This document shows, piece after piece, positions 39,501 through 50,849 of a stretch of DNA of 64,000 nt. The notes beneath the pieces are model-generated. The model searched no databases, was not told the origin of the DNA, and worked only from the letters and a program-made list of their open reading frames with translations. The DNA comes from Azolla caroliniana (taxonomy: Eukaryota; Plantae; Polypodiophyta), in the NCBI GenBank assembly GCA_043228905.1, contig JBHGNT010000002.1, forward strand, positions 21,514,001 to 21,578,000. The letters are read 5' to 3'. Made by a program: the position numbers and the translations under genes. Numbering within the stretch: position 1 is the first letter of the stretch; each line of letters starts with the position of its first letter.

Positions 39501-40519
39501 GTGAAGGGATCCATGCCCAATGTTTCCTTTGTCATGTCACCCACCACGGGAGTTATCTTTCGCTCCATGAATGCTTCATATTCTTTACCATGGCGAGATT
39601 GCAAGCATTTGAACAAGTCACTACATAAGATCTCCTCCTTGAGTCTACGTTTTGCGCAACTTGCATCTGGTGCTTTGATTAGTAAGTACAAATGCCTCAC
39701 GTTTGGTTGCACCCGCAATATCTTCTCCACAAGCACTACATTGTAGGATATATTATCATGTAATTAATATTAGGAGAATTGAACATCTACTCATGACCAT
39801 CTACTTAGTTGTAATGATAATATTAGGTGTTCAATATATTAGTTGAAAACATTGGATCTCAAGGTCTAGTTTCAAACATAATTCACAATGATGATATTGT
39901 ACTAGATCACTAATATATATAATTAGTGATTCTGTTCCGAACTTTGCCTCCTTCAAGTATAAGCTAGTTGTGTTCTAATAAAAAGAAAAGGTAGGAGGTG
40001 GTATGGATACTTATGCAAAGTGATAAATAATTATCGTGCAAGATATTTAGGATTACACAAACCCTGTTTTCGTGTTTAAGTACATGATTTAGACAACTCT
40101 TGCATGATTGAATCGAAGAACAATAAATCCAATATTATCTGCAATGCTCAAGATATTCGTTTGTGGAATCATGTTAAATATAAATGGGAGTGTGCATTTG
40201 GACTACATAAGGGTAGGTCACAAGAGCTTTAGTGAGCATAGGTATTTTTGCTAGTAACGATATGGGTATCCCGTTTAGTGGTAGTTAAAAAAACTATTAG
40301 ATCACATTCATTATTACCTTTGGCGAGGAAGCCAGTGGCTCCGGTTATGAAGATGGCCTTGTCCTTGAGGAGATGGACAATGTCCAGGCCAGGAGGACCT
40401 ACATCCACGTTTCTTCCCGCACGTTGGTCACCATGAAGACATTCCGAGTTCGGCTCCAAGACTTGCATCATGGGGCTACCATTCGGCGACCAATCCTTCG
40501 TCATAGCTAAATTTAGCAT
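36596..40519 (-). CDS. FAR: Alcohol-forming fatty acyl-CoA reductase (MS2/FAR2-like), 8 exons, 537 aa
   Basis: Exons 40318-40519, 39331-39735, 39010-39232, 38572-38733, 38387-38468, 37757-38020, 37241-37350, 36596-36761. All introns GT-AG and phases sum to 1614 nt. Motifs [42 protein letters not shown]-terminal [15 protein letters not shown]. Confidence 0.93.
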
Positions 40520-40621
40520 ATAAGCTAGAATAAGCCTTGGAAGGCGAGCCCAAGCCGTGGAAGAAGGAAATATGATTGATTGGCTAACTGAGTGTATGAG
40601 AAGAACATTCCGTTGGGTAAC

Positions 40622-40654
40622 CCTTTATATCTATATATCTATATATATATAAAT

Positions 40655-40700
<46 letters not shown>
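40622..40700 (-). promoter_or_regulatory. Probable TATA box and (AT)n tract of the FAR promoter
   Basis: Minus-strand ATATAAAGGG about 105 bp upstream of the ATG, adjacent to an (AT)n microsatellite. Confidence 0.5.
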
Positions 40701-40982
40701 CTAAATAATGGGGAAGGAGACAAGAGGCTAAATAATGGAAGGGCCGCTCATTACGGCACTCAATGAATGGCCCAGAAATTGATAGGTAGATTTTTTGAGC
40801 GTTTGAAATATTAGTAGCTCAAATGAATCGTTTCTCTCACATCATATTTGCGTCATGGCTCAATTCATGAGATGCGCAGCTTTGCAACCTACTCATTATT
40901 ATGTAGATTATATTATAAATCCAACAACACGCGATTCAATCAAGTCATTTAATTCGGTTGACAAAAGTTGTATAGGAGGAGC

Positions 40983-41060
40983 ACTCTCGATAGTAACACA
41001 CTTCTAATGATTTTTTGTCATGACTCTCGATAGTAACACACTTCTAATGATTTTTTGTCA
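40983..41060. repeat. Tandem duplication with 40-bp period
   Basis: actctcgatagtaacacacttctaatgattttttgtca at 40983 and 41023. Confidence 0.95.
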
Positions 41061-41098
41061 CGGTCTCTACAAAAAGGAAACAAGGATATGTCTCCAAT

Positions 41099-41276
41099 TA
41101 GGGCAGGAATTTGATAGGTGTCATGCTAGTCAAAGGCCATTTTGCCCGTAAAAAACACACACCCAATAAAAATGTCCGTCAAGTGACATATAAACTTTCA
41201 ATTTTCATTTTTCATGTGAAAGGCGCCCAAATTTTATACATGTCAAATGACATGCTAAAAATTTATTTTCCATGTC

Positions 41277-41311
<35 letters not shown>

Positions 41312-44111
41312 CAATATGACATTGTATAATGTCATACAGTATATTTAATAGGCAAAAGTACCAGGATACCCCTAGAAATTTGTCTATTTACCAGAATGCC
41401 CCTGGAAGTTCCAAATTTACCAAACTACCCCTATGTCCAAAAAATTACACTTTATAAAGTAATTATACACTCAAATCTACAAGCCCTATTTACCAAAGAT
41501 GGAAGAAATGGACCCGAACTAGCCCTATTTACCAAAGATTTGATTGTATAATTACTTTATAAAGTGTAATTTTTTGGACATAAGGGTAGTTTGGTAAATT
41601 TGGAACTTCCAGGGGCATTCTGGTAAATAGACGAACTTCCAGGGGTATCTTGGTACTTTTCCCTATTTAATATTGTAGTATATACATTGTAGATTGTAGT
41701 GTATATACATAGTTTATACTACAAAGACATGTACTATTATACTATTATAATTTATAATGTACAATTTACATTGTAGTATGTAGTCTTCTAGACAGTAGTA
41801 TCTACATTTTATAATAGTATATGTCTTTCATTGTTTCAATATTTCATTTCCAAATTCCCCCCTCTTTCGCTTTTCCCCCTATTTTTTCTTTTCTTGCTTT
41901 CCTTCTTCTCGCTTCTTGCTCCTTCTTCGCGCGCTACTCATTGCTCCCTGTCACTTCTCGGTGATTGCACGACATCTGCTGTTTGCCACTCCAAACGCCA
42001 TGTAATCTTCTTGCCTTGTGCTTTCATCAAGTGCAAACTATTAAAAATGTTTCATAATATATAATATACCACATCAAATATATTGCTCTTGTTTGCCTTC
42101 TTTTCATTTTTTTACATTAAAAATCTTTGTTAACTTCTTGCATTATCGCATAAATGTTGTGCATTGTCCTAGAAAAGTTAGCGTATGGAGATGTAGAACA
42201 ATGACATAGCTTTACCAGAACCAAATTTATGTCCACATAATAAGATGTAGAAGTGGCATTTTAAGATTTATCATCAATTCAATAGTCTCGTGTATTATCT
42301 TCCCCTGTCAACAGTTGTTTAGCACTCAACATTTCACATACATGACTGATTCAAAAGAATATGTTTTCCCTTATTAAGCCATAGGTTTCACTTATTTAGA
42401 CAATATAAACTCATGGGGAATGGCAACCATGAAGTCATTGATGATGACTTCTCTAACATATATTAATTGTTTGTGTTGGTTTGTGGCATTATTGAAAAAA
42501 CAACGAGATGCATGAGTAGACATGATGGGGAAATGACACATTGAAATTGAAGGCATGTTAAGATTTCCCTCTAATTTGTTGATTATCATGCATAAATAAG
42601 GTCTCTCAAATGGAGTTGAAAAATGATACTTGGAAATCCATATGGACACTTACATCCGGGCAAAATTCTTCTAAAAGTACTCAATTGATTTCTATTGTGT
42701 TATATAGTCTTTTTCCTTTATTGTCAGTCGTTCATGGAGAAATTGCTATCCACAATGTAGATAACGATAGCTTCATCATCATCTATTATGGCCAAGTCAC
42801 ATAAAGTCTCCCTTTTTGGTGGTCATGGAATTTGAGGGCGCAATAAAATATTGGATTCTTTTTACAAGTTTATGCTTTATGTGCAACAAGTCATCTTATG
42901 ACTATTTTTAATCGCAATTATTTAGAGTACATTGATTGCTTCGTGACTTCCTCAATGCTTACATATTTAGGTTTAGTTTTTGACAATAGTTTCAACTAAG
43001 GAAGGGCGTGCGATGACAGGGCCATTTGTTAACCATTTCCTTTATTGGATTCCTTTGTCTCCCATCATTGAATTTTCTTACCTTTGTTTTGTGTATGAAT
43101 CTCTTTTAATAGGGAATAACTTTTTTAGACACTACCAATTTCTCTTCTTTTTTCTCCCTAAGTATATTTACCTCACCATATTGATTAAATGTCAAGAAAG
43201 GTTTTGAAGAAACATATGTGGCAGTTATATAAGGAATGTAACATAGAAGATGGAACAACCTCACCATGCTCACATTTTACATTCAATCAATTTTATTTTC
43301 TATAACATCTTATGCATTCAAACTCAATTATTTATGGGTTCATGAAAAGTCGACGAGCATTATTACCTAGCATTTTTATTGTCCTCTTGTTTTAATATAT
43401 CCACTACTTTTTTCTCTTGATCTTTTTCTTCAATGAGCGAGAAGATTTTGTTGGTATGCTTGTTAGAATTGCTAAAGGAAGAGGAATGCATGATGCATGG
43501 GATATTTGTTGCAAAGCACAATCTTGGTGGCAATTATTTCCAGGTATTATGCAATTGTGGCAACTATGTATGACTATTCATATTAGTATAGCAGCATGTG
43601 AATGAGGTTTTTCACGTCAAAATATCATAAAAATTGATATTAGAAACGGTTTATCTTTGGAAACTTTAGATGCTTTGATGTTTATATCCTTGAATGCTCA
43701 AGATACATCAAATATTTGTTGGAGGGATATATTTAACCTTTGGTTTCAAGATAAAGAGAGAAGGATAGTATCATTGAAGTAGACACATATTGCACAATGC
43801 TTAATATGAGGAGTCACGGTATGATAAACATTTTTTGTGTTTTTTGGGCTTTAAGAAATATATGATGATTTAAGTATTCAATTTGTATGTTTTCATTATC
43901 TTTGTGAGGTAGTTATGTTTATTTGTGTATCGTTGTATACTTTGTATAGTAATAAAATCTATAATAATGAAGCATCATATAGAGCTTTTCATTATTAAAA
44001 CTTGTATGTCAAATGACATGTTTGTTTTTGCACTCTTGTCTCATATGACATACATCTTTAAAAAATGCCCGTCAAAAAACTTAAAGACTAACCTGTCAAA
44101 TTTAGGCCCTG
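41099..44111 (+). mobile_element. hAT-superfamily DNA transposon, non-autonomous and decayed
   Basis: 8-bp TSD tctccaat (41091-41098 and 44112-44119). Imperfect TIRs tagggcaggaatttgatagg and cctgtcaaatttaggccctg. hAT dimerisation remnant SIAACE*GFSRQNIIK...RNGLSLETLDALMFISLN at about 43585-43700. Confidence 0.9.
41351..41663. mobile_element. Mutator-like MITE nested in the hAT element
   Basis: TIRs of about 127 bp (ggcaaaagtaccagg... and ...ttggtacttttccc), 9-bp TSD tatttaata (41342-41350 and 41664-41672). Confidence 0.92.
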
Positions 44112-47100
44112 TCTCCAATACCTAACACCAATCATAAGTCATGCAAACATATGCATGCATTTTCACTGTCTCTACAAAAGGAAACAAGCACATGCCTCCA
44201 ATACATACCTAACACCAATCACAAATCACAAGTCACACAAACATATGCATGCATTTGAGGGAGATATCACTCCAATAGGTCAACCGATTTCTTTTTGAGC
44301 ACAACCCCACCACCTAGACGAATCACGTAAATTTTATCATCAACTATACATTTGATTCGGAAAGAGAACCAACGCATGTAGTTGCATTGTTTATTGTAAA
44401 GATTCCACCAAACCAACTTGAGAGGATGAGGGTGGTGAAAGGTTTATATTTCGGGGAAACTATAATTTCGTTGTAGTTCACACTAATTTCGTGATTTTAT
44501 ATCTTGTTTTCTTTGGTTAATACGTGCAAGCAGGGGCGAACCAGAATTCATAATCCATCAACTTTCGGAATTTATAGACTCGGATCACAACCAATCAAGT
44601 TGCCGTGGTCGCAAGTGTTAGGGTATTGCAGGGTAAACGTGACCACCCCTATAGGTGTTCTTGTGTTCTTCGTGATGGTGATGGTTCTAGTGCTAGTGGT
44701 TCTACTTGAATTGTTGTCCTGGTCAGCGTCGATAATTTGGCATATGAGATAGATTTAGTTGTAGTTGGCCGACATTTACAAATGGGTGATGATGTCATGT
44801 CCTCATTTTTTTACCCCAACACCATCTCATGTGTTGGGATGGTTGAGGGGAATTCCTTAAACATAGGCTTCATATTTAGTGTAATGAAATATGAAAACAA
44901 AGGCGTCACATAGTTAAACATTTTTCAATTTTTTTCATAAAACCTAAGGAAAAGAGGATTCATAATCCTCCGTTTTAGATATCGACCCTTCCTCTCACCA
45001 TTGAACTAGAGCATTAGAGCCATGTTAAGTAGTGTGTCATTTTTAGATTTTTAAAATAATGACACAATAGGTGTGGAAATGTGGGGTTTAAGTACTTGGC
45101 ATAATGGCTTAGGCCATATTTGTAATTAGCAGTGGTGCCTTTTTTGCGATGGGCACTAAAGAAGGTAAACATGAGATATGTAAAGAAGAAAAAGAAAAAG
45201 CTAAATATGCATGAGGCACCATGATAAAAACAGAGGAAGGTATATGAAGGTTCTCCCACAACAAAAATAGGGGACTACTTGGCCTATGTAAGTAATGGTT
45301 AATCGAGAACCACATACACATACACATACACATACTCATACACACATAGTGGCTACAATGTGATACTTCAGAAAGTGCACATACCTCTCCATCCAAGCTC
45401 TAATCGACATCGCTTTAGAATAACTATTCCATTAAGTCCTCTTAAGTGTGCCATTCTATTAGGTGTGCTTTTTATGGAGGCCAAATTCTACATAAAAAAA
45501 AAAACATTGTTTCACGACAAGATTATCTCAAACCAAATTAAAATTATATTCCAAACATTCAAAACAATAATATAAATTCTCTATATCATACCATACTCAT
45601 GTAAGGTCATTGGCCTACATTTAGGTATGCGCTTAAAAATAAGGGCAGGATTTGCTTCTTCAATAATTTTATGAGCACTCTATAAAGTTGATTTTCTTTT
45701 CTTTTCTTTTCTCAACTCAAATAAGTTGTTGATAGGATTGAATCAAGCATGAGTTCAATATCAACAATACATCAGGAATAATTACTTCATCTTCCCTTCA
45801 ACATCCATGCATATCTTACATCTCAACAAACTCAAATTCCAAATAGTGGGGTTCATTGATGTTCTATATTTGTTTCTAGAGTTTGATTTTCTGAAAACAT
45901 AAAATGAGAGGTAATTCTAATTCACGTTATTTTCGTTTTGCAGATGAAAGATAATGGGCAATCACCTACGAATTATCAGCTAAAAAATAGCCACATACAA
46001 AGGAAATAAATATTTAACAAATATAAATTCCCAACCATTCTAAAGGTAAGTTCAATTTATAGACTATATCATTTTACTATTGTCTCTTTATCTTATAACA
46101 AAATTCTAACAATTTTCAGGATTTTATAGGTTAAGGAAATTCACAAAAATTAGGACATTCTTGAATTCAAATGAGACCAACAAATCGACCACCCAAGACT
46201 TCCACATCAAACCAAGAATCATGCAGGGGAAGAGGTGATCAATTCATCATTGAATAATTCTTCAAAATCATCACAAAATAGTGACACCAGCTTATTTATT
46301 TTTTATTCTACATATTACTAGTTTTTTTTCCCCTGACTTATAGTAATAACACTTCATATACAGTACAAATTACTTCAATCATTTGTCTCTCATTTTTTGG
46401 CATGTTAAAATTTTCATGTAATGACAGTTACCCAAAATATTTTGTTGTAATGGTGCTCGAGTTAGACTACAATATCTATCACAAGACCAATAGCAAGACT
46501 GAAATGAATATTGAGGTCGAGAAAACAACAAGAGAGTGAGCGAGAGCAATGCCCCGAAACTACAGATGCGCATGTCAATTAGACTGGACCACTAGGGACT
46601 TGAATCGAAGACGATGGTTTGAAAATATCGATGTTTTTCAAGGATAGTGTATTACAAGGATTAAGCATTTGGGAATATGTGGGCATGCAAATGCGAATTT
46701 GTATAAGTATTTCAATGTTTAGATTAATGTAAATAGGTATTTATCAATGAGGACGAGATGCAGTTGGCGACAGTAACTGCTAACCATTGTTGACGAAGGC
46801 GAGCATTTGACTATGAAGGCTCAGAGTCCAAGTTTGGGCCTTTGACTTTGAAGGCTTAGAGTCGAAAGCTCTTTTTAAAATATTTATTTATTTATCTATT
46901 ATTATTATTCATTGTTGGAACTTCTTTTTACCCTCTTAAGGGGAAGGGGGGAATGAAAATGGTTTTTCATTAATAATAAACAAACCCCTGCCTCATGGAG
47001 AGGGGGATAATTATGGAAATTGCGTCCTACCCTTGCCCTCAGGTGTCATACAGTGGATGGGACATCGGTTTTGGCTGGCGTGACAAGTTCATCTCCTATT

Positions 47101-47135
47101 TCCTAAAAAATTTACAGAAGGACGATAGTATATGT

Positions 47136-48066
47136 TGTCGTGTTGAATAAGGTACACTAGGAGAAAACGATAAAGAACAATGATTTCACGTTATCGTAGG
47201 TGTTGTGAAGGAATTGTTTTATGATATAAAATATATACATATATACTCAAAACTTATATTCAGTCACACTTGAATGATTTGAACCCACAACCATACAAAT
47301 CATGTAGAAAGTATACACCAATAGGCTAAGTTGTTCCATTTAAATTACATGTGTCCATCATATTAGTCATATGTATTGGAGCATCTATATAAGAAAAAAA
47401 GATAAAAGGAAAAAGGAAAAAAACTGTGGATGAAATCAAGAATTAATAATAAAAAATTCACTAAGGTTATCTCATTGGTAATGTGTCTTGTTTGTGAAAA
47501 TTGAAGTCAAGGTTTCAAACTCGGAATTGGAGTTTCTGTCTATCTGTTTGTCTCTCTCTTAAATACTTTCTCGCTTATGCTAGTAAAAACATCAAGTCCT
47601 TCCGGTTTAGGACCCCGACAGTCTTGCTTCATTTCACGAACTGATGAGGATTTCCTCGACATCTTTCTTGGTGAACCCGGCGTGAAAGAAGTGGTAGGAA
47701 GGATCAAGACGAGGATTGACCAATACTTGGAAATGGCATCTTCAAGAAATCAAGTGGAAGAATTCGAAAAAATGATGGTTATCGTCGAACAAATGATGAG
47801 ATCCCGGACAACGATGTGAGGATGGAGATGGTTGTCGACCACGTCATGGACGTCGTGGGTCAATTTAATGGAGTTCCTTGATGCATACAAAAGGGAGATG
47901 AATTAAAGGGACGTGTCTGAAACACGTCAAATCTCAAGTTTCAAGCAAGTTGTCACCAACAACGTCCAAAGGCGGGTCATCGATCTTCAAGAAGGGAAGA
48001 CACCGTGGTCCGAGTTCAAGAAAGCAATATTGGTGGAGTTCGTGACCGAGGATTTGTTGAGGATGA
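47136..48066 (+). mobile_element. 5' fragment of a gypsy related to 798-8575 (LTR, tRNA-Trp PBS, gag start)
   Basis: LTR tgtcgtg...tcgaca 47136-47661, PBS tggtgaacccggcgtgaa 47669-47686. Gag MASSRNQVEEFEKMMVIVEQM is homologous to 1879 onward. Confidence 0.85.
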
Positions 48067-48067
48067 G

Positions 48068-48778
48068 GAACCTGGGGGACCGAAGTGATCCACACCCCCA
48101 GCGGCATATTGCTATTTTAACGACAGTATGTGTTGAATAATATGTTGTACAAGTTCGGCATGACGGATTGCTGACCGGTGTCCTCTCCCTTGGACCGAAA
48201 CCTAAAGCTTCGTCCGAACTTTGGACCGTCTTGCAACAAGAAACGGTTTCGAAAAATTGTCGAAAGCCTCATCTATTTAACAATCACTCAACATGACATC
48301 AACTATCTGGTCGGGGTGATCAGTTAGTTGAGGCACCTTCAGTTCGTTTACCGAATATTGAGGTATGTTAGTGGCACTAAGCACGAGGGATTGTTATACC
48401 GACAGGGTATAACCGAAAAGTTAGTCAGATATACAAATGTCGACTAGGTTGGTGATGCGTCGGACCATCGATCAACATACGAATTTATGTTCTCTCTTGG
48501 TAGCGTGGTTGTTGCATGGAGCAACAAGAAGCAGCCAACAGTGGCTCTATCGAGCACTGAGGCTAAGTATTGGGGTGCTACCGCTGCCACCTGTGAAGTC
48601 ATCTGGATTTGAAGTACCAACTCCGATCCTGATCTACTGCAAAATCATGAGCAACATGCAACTCGCCAAAAATCTTGTGTGCCATGCTTGGACGAAGCAC
48701 ATAGAAGTGCATTATCACTTTGTGCCCGAGCGAGTCCTCGACGGTGAAGTCGAACTTTGGTATGTTCAGATGGATCAG
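48068..48778 (+). mobile_element. Copia RT C-terminus and RNase H remnant (A-like family)
   Basis: LYKFGMTDC, SLIYLTIT, WSNKKQPTVALSSTEAKY, TKHIEVHYHFV. Confidence 0.82.
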
Positions 48779-50083
48779 TGTTGTCCATAGGCCAGAAATA
48801 TAAATACAAAATATGTAAACTCGCTGGTAAGTAGAAAAGTAGGTAAGGAAATAGGTAGAACAAAAATTAGTCGAGTTTTGAGATCCTCACAATCAGCTAA
48901 CGGCTCGGCTCGGCTTTGTGTAAAGAAGAAAACTATATAAGCCAAGATCTGGATACCTCGAGAGGAGGAGATACATAGATTATTTAGCAAGATCAATATC
49001 ATAGCATTGAGCTCTGCACAAAACTGTTTTCGGCCGAGAGCCGTGTACTGTAATCACTATGAGCTTTCACATTTAATATAAATATGGCTCTTACTGTTCC
49101 TTCATCTGTGTATTCTCCCTGTACTCCTAAACCGAGCTACATCTGTGTCTATGTCTACCGGGTTGTAGCTAGTGTATGCTCCCCGTTCCCCTAACGTCTT
49201 CTCGGTGTAGAAGAAGCCTCCACGTAACACGACCCCTTGATACCGATAGCCTATGGGCTCATCGAAGGTGTTTCCTCCAGAAACGATTAACACAATTTGG
49301 CATGCCCGGTTATAACTGTAAGGTCACAACGAACTACATAGGAGGCAAACCTCAGCCGCCATTACGGCGCCCAATTGCATCATGCGGTCTCGGCCACCTG
49401 CCCGATCCCCTGAGCCAGTCGAAGGAACTTCCGACTCGGCGGTCACTGACCAATCTTTCCAGGAGCTATCGGAGGCCCACCGGTTGCAATCCTCGCCACC
49501 CGATACCCAGTCACGAGTTGATTCTGCACCAATCCCTCTAGAGCTCACCCAACCTGATGCTAACCCTTTTCCAGCTTTACCTGAAGACCCGGATCTCGAT
49601 ACCATGGCTTACCCTTACCCACGATATACAGACGGCCTAGACGCGGAATCGCACACCCGTGCTTTCGTGTCCACATGGCAGGAAAACCACTCGACATAAT
49701 GGTTATTGTCTGCCGAAATCGAGTCCTCCAAAATCGCGGAATTTGCTCTATCCCTCGATGATCCGACTGCTCGATGGTATTCTCGCCTCGATGTGGGGTA
49801 GGTCACAACGTTCCAGGAAGTCCGAACAAAGTTTTTAGAATTATTTCACAGCGAAGTTCCGAAGCGCGAACTGCTCCGACAGTTCTTTTCCATGAGCCAA
49901 GAACCTCACGAGACGGTCGCCCAGTTCACGATCTGGTTTCAGGATCTCTATCGACAACTAGCTGACGATGTCTCCGCACATCAAATTCCGGATACCTTCC
50001 TTTCCAGCCTACGGGAGCCTCTACAGACGACTCTCGCACTTACCAATTTTTCTAACTAAACAATCGAGCAAGTCATCGCACGC
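48779..50083 (+). mobile_element. 5' part of gypsy 'H' (LTR, PBS, degenerate gag)
   Basis: LTR tgtt...aaca 48779-49292 with TATATAA. PBS tggcatgcccggt 49298-49310, tRNA-Arg-like. Gag MAYPYPRYTDGLDAESH...SKIAEFALSL is homologous to the G gag near 63857. Confidence 0.78.
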
Positions 50084-50494
50084 TGTCGTGAAGATTCCGG
50101 GCCATAGGTGGAAACAAGGTGAAACGCACGGGAGCACTGGTGTGCACGATTGGTAGGTAGTTAAGGCATAGGTAGTTAAGGCATAGGTAGTTAAGGCATT
50201 AATAGGGATTCAGACATCGTGTAAGTAGGGAGAGTTACGAGGAGAGCGAATCATGGGGGAGAATCTAGGAAGGGAAAACGACAAGTCATGAATGCCTTGT
50301 AACGGTCGTTCCTTGTGCTATAAAAGGGGCGACCTTTGACTATTTGGGGGGATGTCATTTTTGGGAAGTAATCGAGATAGGAGAAAGGGAATAGAGAGAA
50401 GAACAGATGAGCAGTCCTATGAGAGATCACCAGAAGGTGCTTCCCCTGCTCGCGTCAGACGCTCGAGTGTTCTCGACCAGGGATCAACCTTTTG
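50084..50494 (+). mobile_element. LTR fragment sharing the tgtcgtgaagat terminus of the 798-8575 family
   Basis: Interrupts the H gag. Three copies of 15-bp taggtagttaaggca (50154-50198), ctataaaagg near 50318. Cut by the LTR of G. Confidence 0.65.
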
Positions 50495-50849
50495 TGTTGT
50501 TGTTTGGTCGACAATTGCTATTTTGCCGACACAGTATAAGATGAACGTTCGTCTCGAATGTTCTATCAAGAAGTTGTGGTTAGACGAATAGATACGAATT
50601 AGCTGTAAAATTATCGGTGATAACAGAAACCGAGATCGTGACTTATGTAATATAGCTTGGACAGAAATAAACAGATGACAAGAAGCAATCCGTACACAGA
50701 GATTTCCTAACCAAACTTTATATTACTAAATACAACGATAGATTTTTACAATGCCTTTGGTTCCTTTTATAGGTAACCCGAAGGTCTTTCTCATCAAGAA
50801 ATCCTACTGCTTATACTTAACAAGAATTACAAAACTTCGTAACTAACTA

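Noticed and set aside
41351-41663. Long hairpin as a miRNA precursor
   Set aside because: The 9-bp TSD and terminal repeats identify it as a MITE
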